Positions 39,857 through 52,949 of a stretch of DNA of 64,000 nt are shown in pieces. This stretch comes from Armatimonadota bacterium (GTDB lineage: Bacteria; Armatimonadota; UBA5829; DSUL01), in contig JBDHZC010000002.1 in NCBI GenBank assembly GCA_039811685.1, positions 520,371-584,370 of the forward strand, given 5' to 3'. Every line of letters starts with the position of its first letter. Position 1 is the first letter of the stretch. A program made the position numbers and the translations under genes. The notes below the pieces were generated by a model. That model was not told the origin of the DNA. It made no database searches and saw nothing but the letters and a program-made list of their open reading frames with translations.

Positions 39857-40741
39857 CTACGCCGCGCCACTCCACTGTGCGCTGGTTTCGTGAGCTTCTC
39901 CAGATGAATGTTCGTCGTGGTCCTCGTGCGCGGTCATCAGGACTATGTAAGCGGCTACGAGGATGGCAAATACCAGCGCCTGCACAACAGACGTGAACAG
40001 GCCAAACACGAACATCGGAAACTGTATCGGCAACAACTTATAGACGCCTATGGCAAGCGGCCCAAGCAGAGCCAACTGCAGGACAACTGTTTCTTCGCCA
40101 AAGACGTTCCCAAAAAGACGGATAGAGAGCGACAGCGGTTTGGCGATTTCACCAATCACATGAAGAATGAACATCAGCGGGGCCAGCCACAGCGGCTCCC
40201 CAAGAAAGTGCTTTACATAGCCCAGAAAGCCGTTTTCCCGAATTCCCTGAATCTGCACATAGATGATGGCCACTAAAGACAGCGCCACAGTCATGTTCAG
40301 CGTGGAGGTCGCCGGCTTCATGAACGGAATCAGCCCCATCAGATTCATCACAAGAATATAAAGGAAGAATGTAACGAGGATGGGGACGTGGCGCTTGCCT
40401 TCCGGGCCCAGCACATCCAGAAAGAACTGCTCCAGACCGCCCACAACCATCTCCAGAAAGTTCTGAAGCTGGCCCGGAACCTGCTGCAGCCGACGAGTCC
40501 CAAGCGCCCCCAACAAAACGAGAAAGACGATAGCGATCCACGACATCGCTACGTAAAGCCACGGACTGCCATGAACCAGCGATTCACCCTGATCGCCGCC
40601 GTGAGAGGCTTCCTCCGCCATGACCCTCACAGCAAGGAAGAGCACAGAAAACGCAACTCCAACAAGCGCCAGAAGTTGACGGACGACTCTTCTCTGAACA
40701 GTTGCAAGAGGCAGCGCGCCACTTTGTAGCTGTCTTTTCAA
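39857..40741 (-). CDS. atpB: F0F1 ATP synthase subunit a
   Basis: Conserved SLSIRLFGN motif with the essential Arg; 5-6 TM helices. Confidence 0.9.
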   Translation of the reverse strand: MKRQLQSGALPLATVQRRVVRQLLALVGVAFSVLFLAVRVMAEEASHGGDQGESLVHGSPWLYVAMSWIAIVFLVLLGALGTRRLQQVPGQLQNFLEMVVGGLEQFFLDVLGPEGKRHVPILVTFFLYILVMNLMGLIPFMKPATSTLNMTVALSLVAIIYVQIQGIRENGFLGYVKHFLGEPLWLAPLMFILHVIGEIAKPLSLSIRLFGNVFGEETVVLQLALLGPLAIGVYKLLPIQFPMFVFGLFTSVVQALVFAILVAAYIVLMTAHEDHDEHSSGEAHETSAQWSGAA

Positions 40742-41149
40742 CTAAGAACTCTTCTCCTGAAACCGCTCACTCGCCGCATTTCTGTAAATGGAAACGACAA
40801 GGGAAATCTGTGCCGCTACCACACCGGCGATGAACGCCCACACAACGAACCCGCGCCACTTCACAAGCCCGCCTATCAGGACCATCATCAGAAGGACTCT
40901 GGACAAAAGCAGCAGACCGCGAACAAATCTTCCCCCTGCCGGATTTGCGCCCTGCGCCATAGTCAGACCCATACGGACATAGGCGTTACACGAAAAAGTC
41001 AGCAGGACCAGCGACACAGAACCCACCAGAGCGCCGGTTATCTCGCTCAGCGCGGCCTGCCCCAGACCCGCCATCACAAGCCCGACAGCGATGAAAGCCT
41101 GGCCCGTCAACAAAACGCGCCAATAGGTTGACAAGTCAAAACGTCGCAT
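40742..41149 (-). CDS. atpI: ATP synthase protein I-like membrane protein
   Basis: Small 4-TM protein immediately upstream of atpB, abutting its start. Confidence 0.6.
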   Translation of the reverse strand: MRRFDLSTYWRVLLTGQAFIAVGLVMAGLGQAALSEITGALVGSVSLVLLTFSCNAYVRMGLTMAQGANPAGGRFVRGLLLLSRVLLMMVLIGGLVKWRGFVVWAFIAGVVAAQISLVVSIYRNAASERFQEKSS

Positions 41150-41155
41150 GGGTTT

Positions 41156-41446
41156 TTATTTGGACAGGCGAATAACGAGCTTGATGACTTCATAGAAGCC
41201 TGCCGCCACCCCCAGAATCAGGAAGATGATTGTTGCCCAGGGGTAGGAATGCAGCTTGCCGTCAATCCAGTCGCCAATAGCAAATCCGATAAGCGGACTG
41301 ATAACGAGCACCCAACCGATTGTGCTGGCCTGCCCCGCCCTTACCATCCACTTGTAATCTCGCTGGGGCCGCTTTGTGCCCGGGTCGTCGTCGCCCTGTA
41401 CCATAGGATCCGGGTTCCTTTGCCGTTGCCCGGCTGCGCCCACCAC
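41156..41446 (-). CDS. AtpZ/AtpI family (putative F0F1-ATPase-associated) small membrane protein
   Basis: 96 aa with two TM helices (GWVLVISPLIGFAIGDWIDGKL...); first gene of the atp cluster. Confidence 0.6.
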   Translation of the reverse strand: MVGAAGQRQRNPDPMVQGDDDPGTKRPQRDYKWMVRAGQASTIGWVLVISPLIGFAIGDWIDGKLHSYPWATIIFLILGVAAGFYEVIKLVIRLSK

Positions 41447-41466
41447 GAGCGGCGCGTAACGACGGA

Positions 41467-41497
41467 GTATAACATGTGGGAGAGGCTATTCGCCAAG
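41467..41497 (-). promoter_or_regulatory. Candidate sigma70-like promoter for the atp operon (minus strand: TTGGCG-19 nt-TATACT) inside an AT-rich island
   Basis: RC of 41467-41497 reads cacTTGGCGaatagcctctcccacatgtTATACT. It sits about 25-50 nt upstream of the atpZ start. The local AT-rich stretch 41470-41560 stands out against the high-GC surroundings. Confidence 0.3.
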
Positions 41498-42072
41498 TGT
41501 TATAGCTCTATTTGTGAAAAACTTCTCAGATTTTTCCTTGCCTCATTTTTCATCCAGCCGATGGTTGCCAGCCGCACAACCAGAACGGCCGTGGACAACG
41601 CGAGGGAGCGGCAGGATTGACGCAGGTCTCTCCGAGCGCGTAAACTCAATCTTGGACAGTGTGCGGGCGTCCGGAAGCGCGTTACGAAAAATTTCTGATT
41701 TTTTCTGCGCAGCCCCTAAAGAGCGCGCTTCTATACGCCAACAATAAGAATACAAGCAGTTATAAGCGCCTTGACGAGAAGCTCAAGACTCAACCTGAGA
41801 GAGTTTCACAGACAGGCTAACATAGAGTTACTAGAGATCTGATAAGGGCAAACTCTTCGAAAGAAGGGGACGCAAAGCCAAGGGTCTACCCCGCTCCGCC
41901 AGAGACCGTCTGGAGAATTGGAGATGGCAGGACAGCCTGGCTGCCGAGTTCCCGGCCTTGTACTTCTGGATCGCCGCAGGCGCTCCGAAGTCGCATGCGA
42001 AGAGCTTGCCTTTTCGCGTTTGTGGTGGCCGGGAGACTCCAGAGGTTCAGATGGAAGAGGGAGTATCCAGTC

Positions 42073-42369
42073 ATGAAGATCACTGAAATGGAATCGGGAA
42101 AAGCCGGCGGACCACAGCAGGACCCAGCCAGCAGCATTCTGCCGGAGGAGTTTCGCGCCAACCTCCATCAGCCCAAAGCTCGCAGGGCGAAGACATCGCG
42201 GGAAGAGGCGATTGAAGTGGCGATGAAGGCGATGGAAGAGGTTCCGGACGTTCGCGAAGACGTTGTCGCCGATCTGAAGGCCAGAATTGAAAGCGGGCAG
42301 TACAAGGTGGCCGGTGAAGACGTTGCGGACATGATGATCCGGCGGATGAAAGCAGACCGCATCCGCTGA
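42073..42369 (+). CDS. FlgM-family anti-sigma-28 factor-like protein
   Basis: C-terminal DVREDVVADLKARIESGQYKVAGEDVADMMI matches the FlgM signature (V..LK.aI..G.YkVd.e.iAdkml). ATG at 42073 (the ORF track starts at 41995). Confidence 0.6.
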   Translation: MKITEMESGKAGGPQQDPASSILPEEFRANLHQPKARRAKTSREEAIEVAMKAMEEVPDVREDVVADLKARIESGQYKVAGEDVADMMIRRMKADRIR

Positions 42370-42539
42370 GCGTTGCACAGATTAACACAAACCAGCGAAG
42401 AGCTGTCTCATTCGAGGCGGCTCTTTTTTTATAAGTCCGTTACTGCAGTCTCGGTACGGGCTGGCGTCTTGAGTGGCTACAAAAGTACTATAGCTTGCCG
42501 TAGAGAAAATCAGTAATGCTGATGTCAGGAGGAACATTC

Positions 42540-42890
42540 ATGTACGCAACTGCCAAAGAGTTCTACGACAACCGCAAAGCCAACAGCATGAAGATTCGAG
42601 ACAATGCGCCGCAAGCTGCAAAGGGCTTTGCCCAGATGGACCAACTGCTGATGGCCGAGGGCGCCATCTCCGCAAAAGTCAAGGAGTTGATTGCGCTCGG
42701 AATCGCGATCGCTGACCACTGCGTTCCCTGCCTTCGGGCGCACGTCTCAGGGTGCATGGAAGAGGGCGCGACGCGAGAAGAGATCATTGAGGCTGCACAG
42801 GTTGCGGTGGTGATGGGTGGCGGGCCGGCGTTGATTCATCTGCCCATGGTGATAGAGGCGCTGGATGAGTTGGAGAGCCGCACAGGCTGA
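42540..42890 (+). CDS. Carboxymuconolactone decarboxylase / AhpD-like family protein
   Basis: AhpD core motif ADHCVPCLRAH. ATG at 42540 with AGGAGG RBS at 7-nt spacing. Confidence 0.7.
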   Translation: MYATAKEFYDNRKANSMKIRDNAPQAAKGFAQMDQLLMAEGAISAKVKELIALGIAIADHCVPCLRAHVSGCMEEGATREEIIEAAQVAVVMGGGPALIHLPMVIEALDELESRTG

Positions 42891-42931
42891 CTTTCTGGCG
42901 GGTGCGGGTTCAATCGGCTAAGATTGGCGCG

Positions 42932-43747
42932 ATGAACACCGTCACTGTCAGCGAAAACGTATCATTTGGCTCCGGACGCCTGGCGCTGATTGCCGGGCCA
43001 TGCGTCATCGAAGACCTGGACCTGTGCCTCAGTGTTGCCGGACGCGCCAAGGACATTTGTGAGCGTCTGGGGATAGGCTACGTCTTCAAAGCCAGTTTCG
43101 ACAAAGCCAACCGCACGTCCGTGGACTCCTACCGCGGGCCGGGTCTGGCGCGCGGGTTGGAGATTCTGGCAAAGGTCAAGAACGACGTTGACGTTCCGCT
43201 GCTGACAGACGTTCACGAGACCTGGCAGGTTGAACCCGCCGCTGAGGTGGTGGACATCCTGCAGATTCCCGCGTTTCTGTGCCGCCAGACGGATCTTCTG
43301 CTGGCGTGCGGGCAGAGTGAGCGCGTTGTGAATGTGAAGAAGGGGCAGTTTGTAGCCCCTCACGACATGGTCAACGCGGTGCGCAAGATTGAGAGCACGG
43401 GAAACCAGCGCATCCTGCTGAGTGAGCGCGGCGCGAGCTTTGGCTACAACACGCTTATTGCGGATATGACCAGCATCCCTGTCATGCAGGAGACGGGCTA
43501 TCCGGTTGTCTTTGACGCTACACACAGCGTGCAGCGTCCGGGAGGACAGGGAACGTCTTCAGGAGGCAACCGGCAGTTTATTCCGGCGCTCACCAGAGCC
43601 GCAATGGCGGCGGGAGCGGACGCCCTGTTCATCGAGACCCATCCTAATCCCGAAGCGGCGCTGTCAGATGCGGCGTCACAGCTTCCACTGGATGAGCTGG
43701 AAGCGCTGCTTGAAAGTGCGCTGCGCGTGTTCGAAGCTGTCCGCTGA
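42932..43747 (+). CDS. kdsA: 3-deoxy-8-phosphooctulonate (KDO8P) synthase
   Basis: Full-length similarity pattern (LIAGPCVIE, GYVFKASFDKANRTS, QIPAFLCRQTDLL, PVVFDATHSVQ). Start at internal ATG 42932 (MNTVTV). Confidence 0.9.
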   Translation: MNTVTVSENVSFGSGRLALIAGPCVIEDLDLCLSVAGRAKDICERLGIGYVFKASFDKANRTSVDSYRGPGLARGLEILAKVKNDVDVPLLTDVHETWQVEPAAEVVDILQIPAFLCRQTDLLLACGQSERVVNVKKGQFVAPHDMVNAVRKIESTGNQRILLSERGASFGYNTLIADMTSIPVMQETGYPVVFDATHSVQRPGGQGTSSGGNRQFIPALTRAAMAAGADALFIETHPNPEAALSDAASQLPLDELEALLESALRVFEAVR

Positions 43748-43803
43748 CGGAAGAGGCCGCGGGCACAACCCGTCGTACCTGATCCCTTGACCCTAAACCC
43801 TGA

Positions 43804-45606
43804 TCACTGACCCCTGGTCTCTTGTTCTGGCGGCGCGGGCGGAGCCTTGACCGGCCGGGTCAGATCGATCTCCTGCGTCTTGTCGGGCGGATAGCTCAGG
43901 ACGAGTTTGGTCCCGGTGTCCGGCGCTTCAAGGAGCTTGACCAGCGCTCCGGGAACAAAGAAGTCGCGCGCGCTGATGCCTCGCGCAATAAGAACTGCGT
44001 CAAGACTGGAGCGCTCCTGCGGTGACAGACCAAGCGCGGAGAGACCAGTGGACCTCAAACGCTCGATCTGGCTTTCCGGGAGCGACCCGTAGAACAGAAC
44101 GGCGCTGCGCCGCTCGGTGGTGACCAACGCCCAGCCGCTTGCCGACAGCGTCTGGTCCGACATCAGCAACCCCATAAGCTGCTCCTGGGAGTAGCTCTGG
44201 GCAATTTGCGCGAGCTCCTCAAGGTTTAGCCCGCCGTTCTTCTTCGCAAGGTCCGCCCAGTATTTTTTGTCAGCCTGCGCCACCATTGCGGCCCGTCTCT
44301 GTGCCCAGTCGTCTGCCTTGAGGCGCGCCGCTCCGGCGCTATAGTCCCAGGTCATGCCAAATGTGCTCGAGACCCCGGCGATGACTTTCTTCGCCGTTCC
44401 CTTGTCTTTCGCGGCTTTGCGATCCGGCTGGTTCCAGGCCTCCGCGTAAATATCAATGTGGGCCTTCTCGACGACCGGCTTCAGAGCGGCGGCGGCGTCC
44501 GAGATGTCCTTAGGATCTATCTCGACCTCCGTCAGTAGCCGCGGGTCAGTTGGCGCTGGAGTCTCCGCAAGCTCACGGGCCGCAGTTTCACGGTTGATTG
44601 TCTGTACGGCCTCACCGATCTCCGTACCGATCTGTTGTACAACGGTACGCGGATCCTCACCCTGAGCAAAGCGGTTGACGGCCTTAGTGATGAGAGCGGC
44701 CATCGGACTACCGGGTGTGACGATTGGAAAGCCCATCCGTCCACCCGCGCCAACGCCACTGACCTCCAGCGTGCCGGCGAATCCGATCTGATCCATCACC
44801 GCATGTCCCGGGCCGGAAGGCATCGGCCGCATGACAAGAGAGGTCTTGCTCCAGTCACCGTCAAAAGCCGTACTGTCGGTCTTGTTGCCGAGTTTGCTGT
44901 GGAAGTAGTTCATCCCTGTGGCGAAAAACTGGAGGCTGCTCTGCTGGGCGGGAGTCAGTTGATTGTAGGGAACTCTGAACGGCTCACCGGCAGCAACGGA
45001 CGGAACGGCTGATGAGGCAAGAGCGGATACCAGGCTGCCGTAAGCCTTTCCGAACGGGTCCTGGCTGACAAATTTGCCGAAATCCTGTTCCGGATCGTTC
45101 TTACCTCCCGCCTGTTCCTGAGAGGTCTTGTCGTGCGGGGACATGAGGGCCTTTAGCCCGTCCGCAATCTCCTGCCACTGCGCTGTGACTTTCTCCAACT
45201 GCTCGTCCTGCTTGGATTGCAGTTCCCTGGCCTCCCGGTCGCGGGAGTTGCGATCCTGCCATATTGTGTAAACCCACTCTCCTTCCCTGCCGGAGCGCGC
45301 CCAGCGCAAGTCCAGCAATCTGGCAAGCTGCGCCTGGAACTCCTGCACTGTTGCATCCTTGACTTCAACGCTGACAGGGAGCTCCCGGATTTTCCAGGCT
45401 TTGGTTTCCTGATCCGCACGCATCGTCACGCCGGACTCCTCGGAAGCCTTTTTCAAAAGGTCATCCAGAAGCGCGTGAGTTTCGGAAAGAGTGATTGTCT
45501 TGCTGAGCCGCAAATCCTGCTGGCGCTCGGTCTCCGCGGCAGAAGACACGCTCGCGCAAATGACAAGCAGACTCGCAATGAATGCGACTGACAGAGCTCT
45601 GTACAT
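43804..45606 (-). CDS. Secreted hypothetical protein (600 aa), charged/coiled N-terminal half, no recognisable catalytic motifs
   Basis: Signal peptide MYRALSVAFIASLLVICASVSSAAE. Typical coding composition. Confidence 0.7.
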   Translation of the reverse strand: MYRALSVAFIASLLVICASVSSAAETERQQDLRLSKTITLSETHALLDDLLKKASEESGVTMRADQETKAWKIRELPVSVEVKDATVQEFQAQLARLLDLRWARSGREGEWVYTIWQDRNSRDREARELQSKQDEQLEKVTAQWQEIADGLKALMSPHDKTSQEQAGGKNDPEQDFGKFVSQDPFGKAYGSLVSALASSAVPSVAAGEPFRVPYNQLTPAQQSSLQFFATGMNYFHSKLGNKTDSTAFDGDWSKTSLVMRPMPSGPGHAVMDQIGFAGTLEVSGVGAGGRMGFPIVTPGSPMAALITKAVNRFAQGEDPRTVVQQIGTEIGEAVQTINRETAARELAETPAPTDPRLLTEVEIDPKDISDAAAALKPVVEKAHIDIYAEAWNQPDRKAAKDKGTAKKVIAGVSSTFGMTWDYSAGAARLKADDWAQRRAAMVAQADKKYWADLAKKNGGLNLEELAQIAQSYSQEQLMGLLMSDQTLSASGWALVTTERRSAVLFYGSLPESQIERLRSTGLSALGLSPQERSSLDAVLIARGISARDFFVPGALVKLLEAPDTGTKLVLSYPPDKTQEIDLTRPVKAPPAPPEQETRGQ

Positions 45607-45735
45607 AATCAGACTGTATCTCCCTCAGCCATCTGGCGGCACACGTGTCCTAGCGGCTGTCACCTGAATTATACACCGTACCCGCTCTTCGGGAAAGGCA
45701 GAAGCCTGCTGTGCGAAAGTTCAAACCTGTGAATA

Positions 45736-46206
45736 GTGCCAAATAGCCAGTATTCCTGTCAGTCAGGCAGCAACTCTCATTCCGGCATAAACTTCATGAC
45801 TCTATCTGCGAGGTATATGCCAGTGTCCTTGACACGCGAAAGTCAGATCATCGCGGTGATCTGCCTGGTTGACCTTGTAGTGACTCTGGCTCTGCTGGCG
45901 AGCACGCCGAACGTCTCCGAAGGGAATCCGCTGATGAACTTCTATCTTCAGTTTGGAGTCGGAGCGTTCGTAATCGCCAAGCTGTGCCTGCTATTCGCCC
46001 CAATCTTCATCGTCGAGTACTGCCGCCAGTACAGACCACGTTTCGCGCGCAATATGTTGCGTATGGCGATCATCGCCTACCTGGGCACCTACGCCCTGCT
46101 GTTTGTGCGCTACAACGTGCCGGTCTTGCTGGCGGACACGCATTCGGCCACGCAGTACACCCGGGTTGCGGCGACTTCAGGCCCTCAGCACGCGATGCCC
46201 AGATGA
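45736..46206 (+). CDS. Small integral membrane protein, possibly DUF5658 family (E-x-N-P-L motif). True start may be an internal ATG (45796 or 45817).
   Basis: SEGNPLMNFYLQFGVGAFVIAKLCLLFAPIFIVEY with three predicted TM helices. Confidence 0.5.
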   Translation: MPNSQYSCQSGSNSHSGINFMTLSARYMPVSLTRESQIIAVICLVDLVVTLALLASTPNVSEGNPLMNFYLQFGVGAFVIAKLCLLFAPIFIVEYCRQYRPRFARNMLRMAIIAYLGTYALLFVRYNVPVLLADTHSATQYTRVAATSGPQHAMPR

Positions 46207-46313
46207 CACTGCGGGTCGGTCACAGATGACCGCACATTCACGAAAGCCGCTCTATTCCAATGGAGCGGCTTTTTTGTGTGTCCAAGTGCAAACACTTTCC
46301 TGAGTCGGAGGGC

Positions 46314-47150
46314 CTAGTAAGGGTATTCCGGGCGGATATAGTAGTCGTTAAGAAGCCACTTATTGTACGGGTTGTCGTTCGGGTGGTAGAGCTTGTCTTT
46401 GGTGACGACCTCAGTGTGGCCGTCAGACATCACGGTGTTCCAGGCGAAGATCGGGTACTTCATATTGTGCCACTGTGCCTGCCACGCACTCTCTCCAGGA
46501 GGGCTGGACTCACTGAACTGAAGCGCATCGTAAAACACAATCGCGCGCGATGGAAACGGAATCTGCTGAAGCTTGACAGGGCGGATGGAGCCCGCGGGCG
46601 GGCCACCTCCGTAGAGCTGATCCCAGTTCTTGATGACCAGGCTGGTGCGAAAAGCATAGCTACAGCCAACCTGACGATACGCGTTCTTGATTACCGGCGG
46701 CCATCCGGTCTGGCCCGTGTCCGGCCGCAACCACTTATAGCCCTTGTCGGCCGGATCGCGCCATATCTCGTGGCTTTTGCTGTAGGGCATCAGGGCGTCC
46801 CAGACGTACGGGAACTGCGCCATAGCAGCCTTCGGATTGTCGTGCCGGTCTTCAGCGTCACAGGCGCGCGGGACAAATCCCTGGTGATCGTCACAATACT
46901 GAATGAATGCCAGCCCAATCTGATGCAGGTTGCTCAGACAGCCCGCCGCACGGGCGCGGTCTCGCGCGGCAGCAAAGACAGGGAAGAGAATCGCCGCCAA
47001 AATGGCGATGATGGCAATGACCACGAGAAGCTCAATCAGGGTGAAGCCTCTGCGGCCCGCCCGGCGGCGGAGTAAGCAAATACTTCGCGACGCCTCAACA
47101 CCAAATTCCAGGCTTACTGCACACCTTGTCTCAACTCTGTTGCCCACCAT
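46314..47150 (-). CDS. Prepilin-type N-terminal cleavage/methylation domain protein, DUF1559 pseudopilin-like (paralog of 24496-25275)
   Basis: [27 protein letters not shown]; C-terminal ...[12 protein letters not shown] at 47150 (GAGGA RBS) gives a 35-aa leader. The ORF track extends to 47225. Confidence 0.8.
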   Translation of the reverse strand: MVGNRVETRCAVSLEFGVEASRSICLLRRRAGRRGFTLIELLVVIAIIAILAAILFPVFAAARDRARAAGCLSNLHQIGLAFIQYCDDHQGFVPRACDAEDRHDNPKAAMAQFPYVWDALMPYSKSHEIWRDPADKGYKWLRPDTGQTGWPPVIKNAYRQVGCSYAFRTSLVIKNWDQLYGGGPPAGSIRPVKLQQIPFPSRAIVFYDALQFSESSPPGESAWQAQWHNMKYPIFAWNTVMSDGHTEVVTKDKLYHPNDNPYNKWLLNDYYIRPEYPY

Positions 47151-47624
47151 TACGTCCTCGTTTATACCACTCAGCTCTGAATGCCCGATAACACCCGTAT
47201 TATAGCATTCGCACAGAGAAAACAAGAAGTCGTTGCAAAATTGGAGGCCGGACAGGGGGAGGGCCGCTTAGAGCGCAAAAAAATGGCCGCACCTTCTGTC
47301 AGATATTACCAGGAACGGCCAAGATACTAACTCCGAGGCAGGAGTTGGGCTCTCAGGCAGAAGGAGGCGCTTTCTCAAATTGAAGGCTTTCCACCTGTCC
47401 TGGAACCAGTGCAGTCTTTCGACCGCATGCTGCGCGGGTTGGGACCGCGCAGACATCCTCATAGCTGTGCACAATCTCGTTGGCAAAGGCAGCGCTTTGA
47501 TGCAGCCTGCCCGCAACGAGCGCTGGAAACCACTGTCACTCCTCAGGATAAGCCGCGGCCACTGTCCTGTCAACTACCTTCAGGAAATCCTGTTAGTTGT
47601 ACGGGGAAATGCCGCACACCTGGA

Positions 47625-48419
47625 CTACTGCGGTGGCGCGCTCCTTCTCAGGAACGGTTCAATGAGCTCGATAGGCAGCGGAAAGATCGTGGTGGAGTTG
47701 TTCTCCGAGGCAATCTCGCTGAGAGTCTGCAGGAAGCGAAGCTGCAACGCCGCCGGCGTTGCGCCGATAATGCTGGCTGCCTGAGACAGCTTCTCGGCGG
47801 CCTGAAACTCGCCTTCCGCATTGATAACTTTGGCGCGCCTCTCTCGCTCCGTCTCCGCCTGGCGAGCCATTGCCCTTCGCATCCCTTCGGGAAGAGCGAC
47901 ATCGCGCACCTCTACGGCGTTGACCTTGATTCCCCAAGGCTCGGTTTGCTCGTCAATAACCGTCTGCAGCCGCTGGTTCACTTCGTCGCGCTCAGCGAGA
48001 ATGGAGTCGAGCTCGACCTGGCCCACGATACTGCGCAAAGTCGTCTGCGCGATCAAAGCTGTCGCGCGGGAGAAGTTCTCAACTTTGACAATGGCGTCTG
48101 CCGGGTTCAGGACTTGAAAATAGATGACCGCATCCACTGTGACTGGAACGTTATCACGCGTCATTGTCTCCTGTCTGGCAACGTCCATGGTCACAACGCG
48201 CAAGTCCACCTTGACCATCTGTTCAATGTAAGGGATGAGATAGATCAGGCCAGGGCCACGCACGCCAACCAGACGGCCAAGGCGAAACACCACGCCCCGC
48301 TCGTACTCTTTGACCACCTTAATGGCGGAGGGGATCACCAGGATAGCAATGACAATAATCACCACTACCGTGGGGCCTAGAAACTGATAAATAGCCAAAA
48401 GAAGACTTGCAAAGTCCAT
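47625..48419 (-). CDS. SPFH/band 7 (stomatin-like) family protein
   Basis: N-terminal TM helix, then the SPFH core (VVKEYERGVVFRLGRL...VDLRVVTMDV...) and a C-terminal coiled-coil. Confidence 0.9.
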   Translation of the reverse strand: MDFASLLLAIYQFLGPTVVVIIVIAILVIPSAIKVVKEYERGVVFRLGRLVGVRGPGLIYLIPYIEQMVKVDLRVVTMDVARQETMTRDNVPVTVDAVIYFQVLNPADAIVKVENFSRATALIAQTTLRSIVGQVELDSILAERDEVNQRLQTVIDEQTEPWGIKVNAVEVRDVALPEGMRRAMARQAETERERRAKVINAEGEFQAAEKLSQAASIIGATPAALQLRFLQTLSEIASENNSTTIFPLPIELIEPFLRRSAPPQ

Positions 48420-48423
48420 AGTC

Positions 48424-49734
48424 CTACTCTTTCGTAACGAACAGTCTGAGACCCTTCACGCGCACAACCCGCACCATCTGACCAGCCTCAACAGGCTCGC
48501 CGCCCTCAACCTCAGCAGTCCACCAGGAACCTTCCAGAAACACGCGCCCGACCGGCGCCAACGGTGTTCTAGCTTCGGCAAGCAAACCAATTAGACCTTC
48601 GTGGCCCGTAGTAACCTTGCGCTTCTGCGCCCGGATTCCAGCGCCGATTGCTGTTGTAAACAGCACAGCGCTTACAATCGCTGCAGAGATGACAAAGGAC
48701 AGGGACATCCGGAACATGGGTTCGTCGGTGTCAACGAGGAGAAACAGACCAAGCGCAAGGGAGATCACGCCTCCTGTTGTGAGGACTCCGTGGGTTGCGA
48801 CATGGGCATCCACAGCAAAGAGGATGAACGAAAAGAAGATCAAAAGCAGCGCCGTGTAGTTCAAAGGGAGAACATTCGAGCTGAACAACACGAGAATGAG
48901 CGCCAGACCACCCGCAACTCCTGGAAAGATGGCCCCGGGGTTGGAGACTTCGGCGATTATCCCGTACATCGCAATAAGAACGAGCACGCCCAGCACCATC
49001 GGGTTGGCCAGAAAATGGAGCAATGACTCACGAGGATTGATTGGCAGCTCTTCAACCGGAGCGTGCTCTGTCCGCAGCGTAACGTGTTTGCCGCCCGCGA
49101 CTTCAACCGAGCGTCCATCAATCTTCTGGAGGAGCTGAGTGCGATCCTTCGCAATGAGATCGATGACGTTGAGCTTCAACGCTTCCGTTTCCGTTGCGCT
49201 GATACCCTCTCGCACCGCCTTCACCGCCCACTTCGCGTTGCGCCCGCGGCGCTCAGCCAGCGTCTCCATATAGCTCGCCATCGCGTTTGTGACTTTTCGG
49301 GGAAGGTCCTTGCCTTCTCCTGTGATCGGGGTCGCAGAACCTATGTGAGTTGTTGGCGCCATAGCGGCTATCTGAGCTGCGACGGTGATGTACGTCCCGG
49401 CGGAAGCAGCCATCGCGCCTTCTGGCGCCACGTACACCGCTATCGGAACCGGGGAGGCCAACATAGCCTTGATGATGTCTTTTGTCGAGTCCACCAGACC
49501 GCCCGGAGTATCCAGCTCAACGAGCAGCAGTGCGTCCTTGTGTTCGGTGGCCGTGCGAATTCCCCGCAGGATATAGGCCGCAGTTGCCGGATCGATTGAC
49601 CCTTCGACGCGGACAACCCGGACAATGCCGGCCGCCAGAGCGTGCGCTTGCGCGCTCACCAGCAGCACAAGCGCGAGAAGGGCAGTGCTGGCCCAGCTTT
49701 TTTCCGCTACAGGTCGTCGCATGAATGTTATCAA
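48424..49734 (-). CDS. NfeD family membrane-bound ClpP-class serine protease (stomatin operon partner)
   Basis: Signal peptide, ClpP-like domain (TPGGLVDST...AASAGTYI), multi-TM region, and C-terminal OB-fold (VFLEGSWWTAE...VRVVRVKGLRLFV). Immediately upstream of the SPFH gene. Confidence 0.9.
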   Translation of the reverse strand: MITFMRRPVAEKSWASTALLALVLLVSAQAHALAAGIVRVVRVEGSIDPATAAYILRGIRTATEHKDALLLVELDTPGGLVDSTKDIIKAMLASPVPIAVYVAPEGAMAASAGTYITVAAQIAAMAPTTHIGSATPITGEGKDLPRKVTNAMASYMETLAERRGRNAKWAVKAVREGISATETEALKLNVIDLIAKDRTQLLQKIDGRSVEVAGGKHVTLRTEHAPVEELPINPRESLLHFLANPMVLGVLVLIAMYGIIAEVSNPGAIFPGVAGGLALILVLFSSNVLPLNYTALLLIFFSFILFAVDAHVATHGVLTTGGVISLALGLFLLVDTDEPMFRMSLSFVISAAIVSAVLFTTAIGAGIRAQKRKVTTGHEGLIGLLAEARTPLAPVGRVFLEGSWWTAEVEGGEPVEAGQMVRVVRVKGLRLFVTKE

Positions 49735-49925
49735 TCGAGGTCTTTGCCTATCCCCGTTTCAGTCTATGCCAGAAACCGCAATCCGAGGACTGCGTCGACT
49801 GCGAGAGCTTGCTTTCCACGCTGTACAACGCAAACGAACATCTTCCGCAGGGACTCTCGATACTTGCCTGAACTATACCGGTACCACTCCCGTAATGCAA
49901 TCCGAGCGATCGATGGGCATAATAA

Positions 49926-52481
<2,556 letters not shown>

Positions 52482-52495
<14 letters not shown>

Positions 52496-52949
52496 AGAGC
52501 AAGGATTTGAAATTGTTGACAAGCGCAGGTTGGGCGAAACTGAACCACCACAGCCAGACATTTCTCGGAACGCGGAATCAGCCGCAACACCTGAAACCTC
52601 GCACTCTAGCGTCTCGACCGAGGCCAATGCGGCAACGCCCGACCCTTCGGAAACGGACCCCGAGCTTCTCGGCCCTCCAAACGTTGAAAGCTTGCTAGCT
52701 TATATGTTGAATCTGCTCGCGACTTCGGCGTGGCAGTGGATGGGTGTCATTATGAACCCTGAAACATCCGAGGCAACTGTGGATATTGGGCAGGCGCGAC
52801 TGGCCATCGATACCTTTGAGGCAGTGGCTGAGAAGCTGAGCCCCTCACTTGATGAGCGAACACGCCGGGAGATCCAAAATGCCCTTGCTGACTTGCGTGT
52901 CAACTTTGTCGAGAGATCTACCAAAGCGCCGTCGGGCGGCGCATCCTGA
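52482..52949 (+). CDS. DUF1844 domain-containing protein
   Basis: N-terminal FEIVDKRR and C-terminal LA..A.QWMG....P....ATVDIGQARLAIDT...L pattern typical of DUF1844. ATG at 52482. Confidence 0.6.

Noticed and set aside
41514-41747. 77-aa ORF in the atp upstream region
   Set aside because: Lies in an AT-rich promoter region and has no RBS. Its composition is atypical for coding sequence in this genome.
45700-45740. tRNA-like T-loop string (GTTCAAAC) upstream of the DUF5658-like gene
   Set aside because: Flanking sequence cannot form a T-stem, acceptor stem or anticodon arm. Not a tRNA.
47409-48380. 323-aa plus-strand ORF
   Set aside because: Antisense to the SPFH/band 7 gene; its translation is Arg/Leu/His-rich junk. 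The SPFH reading frame on the minus strand is clearly the real gene.
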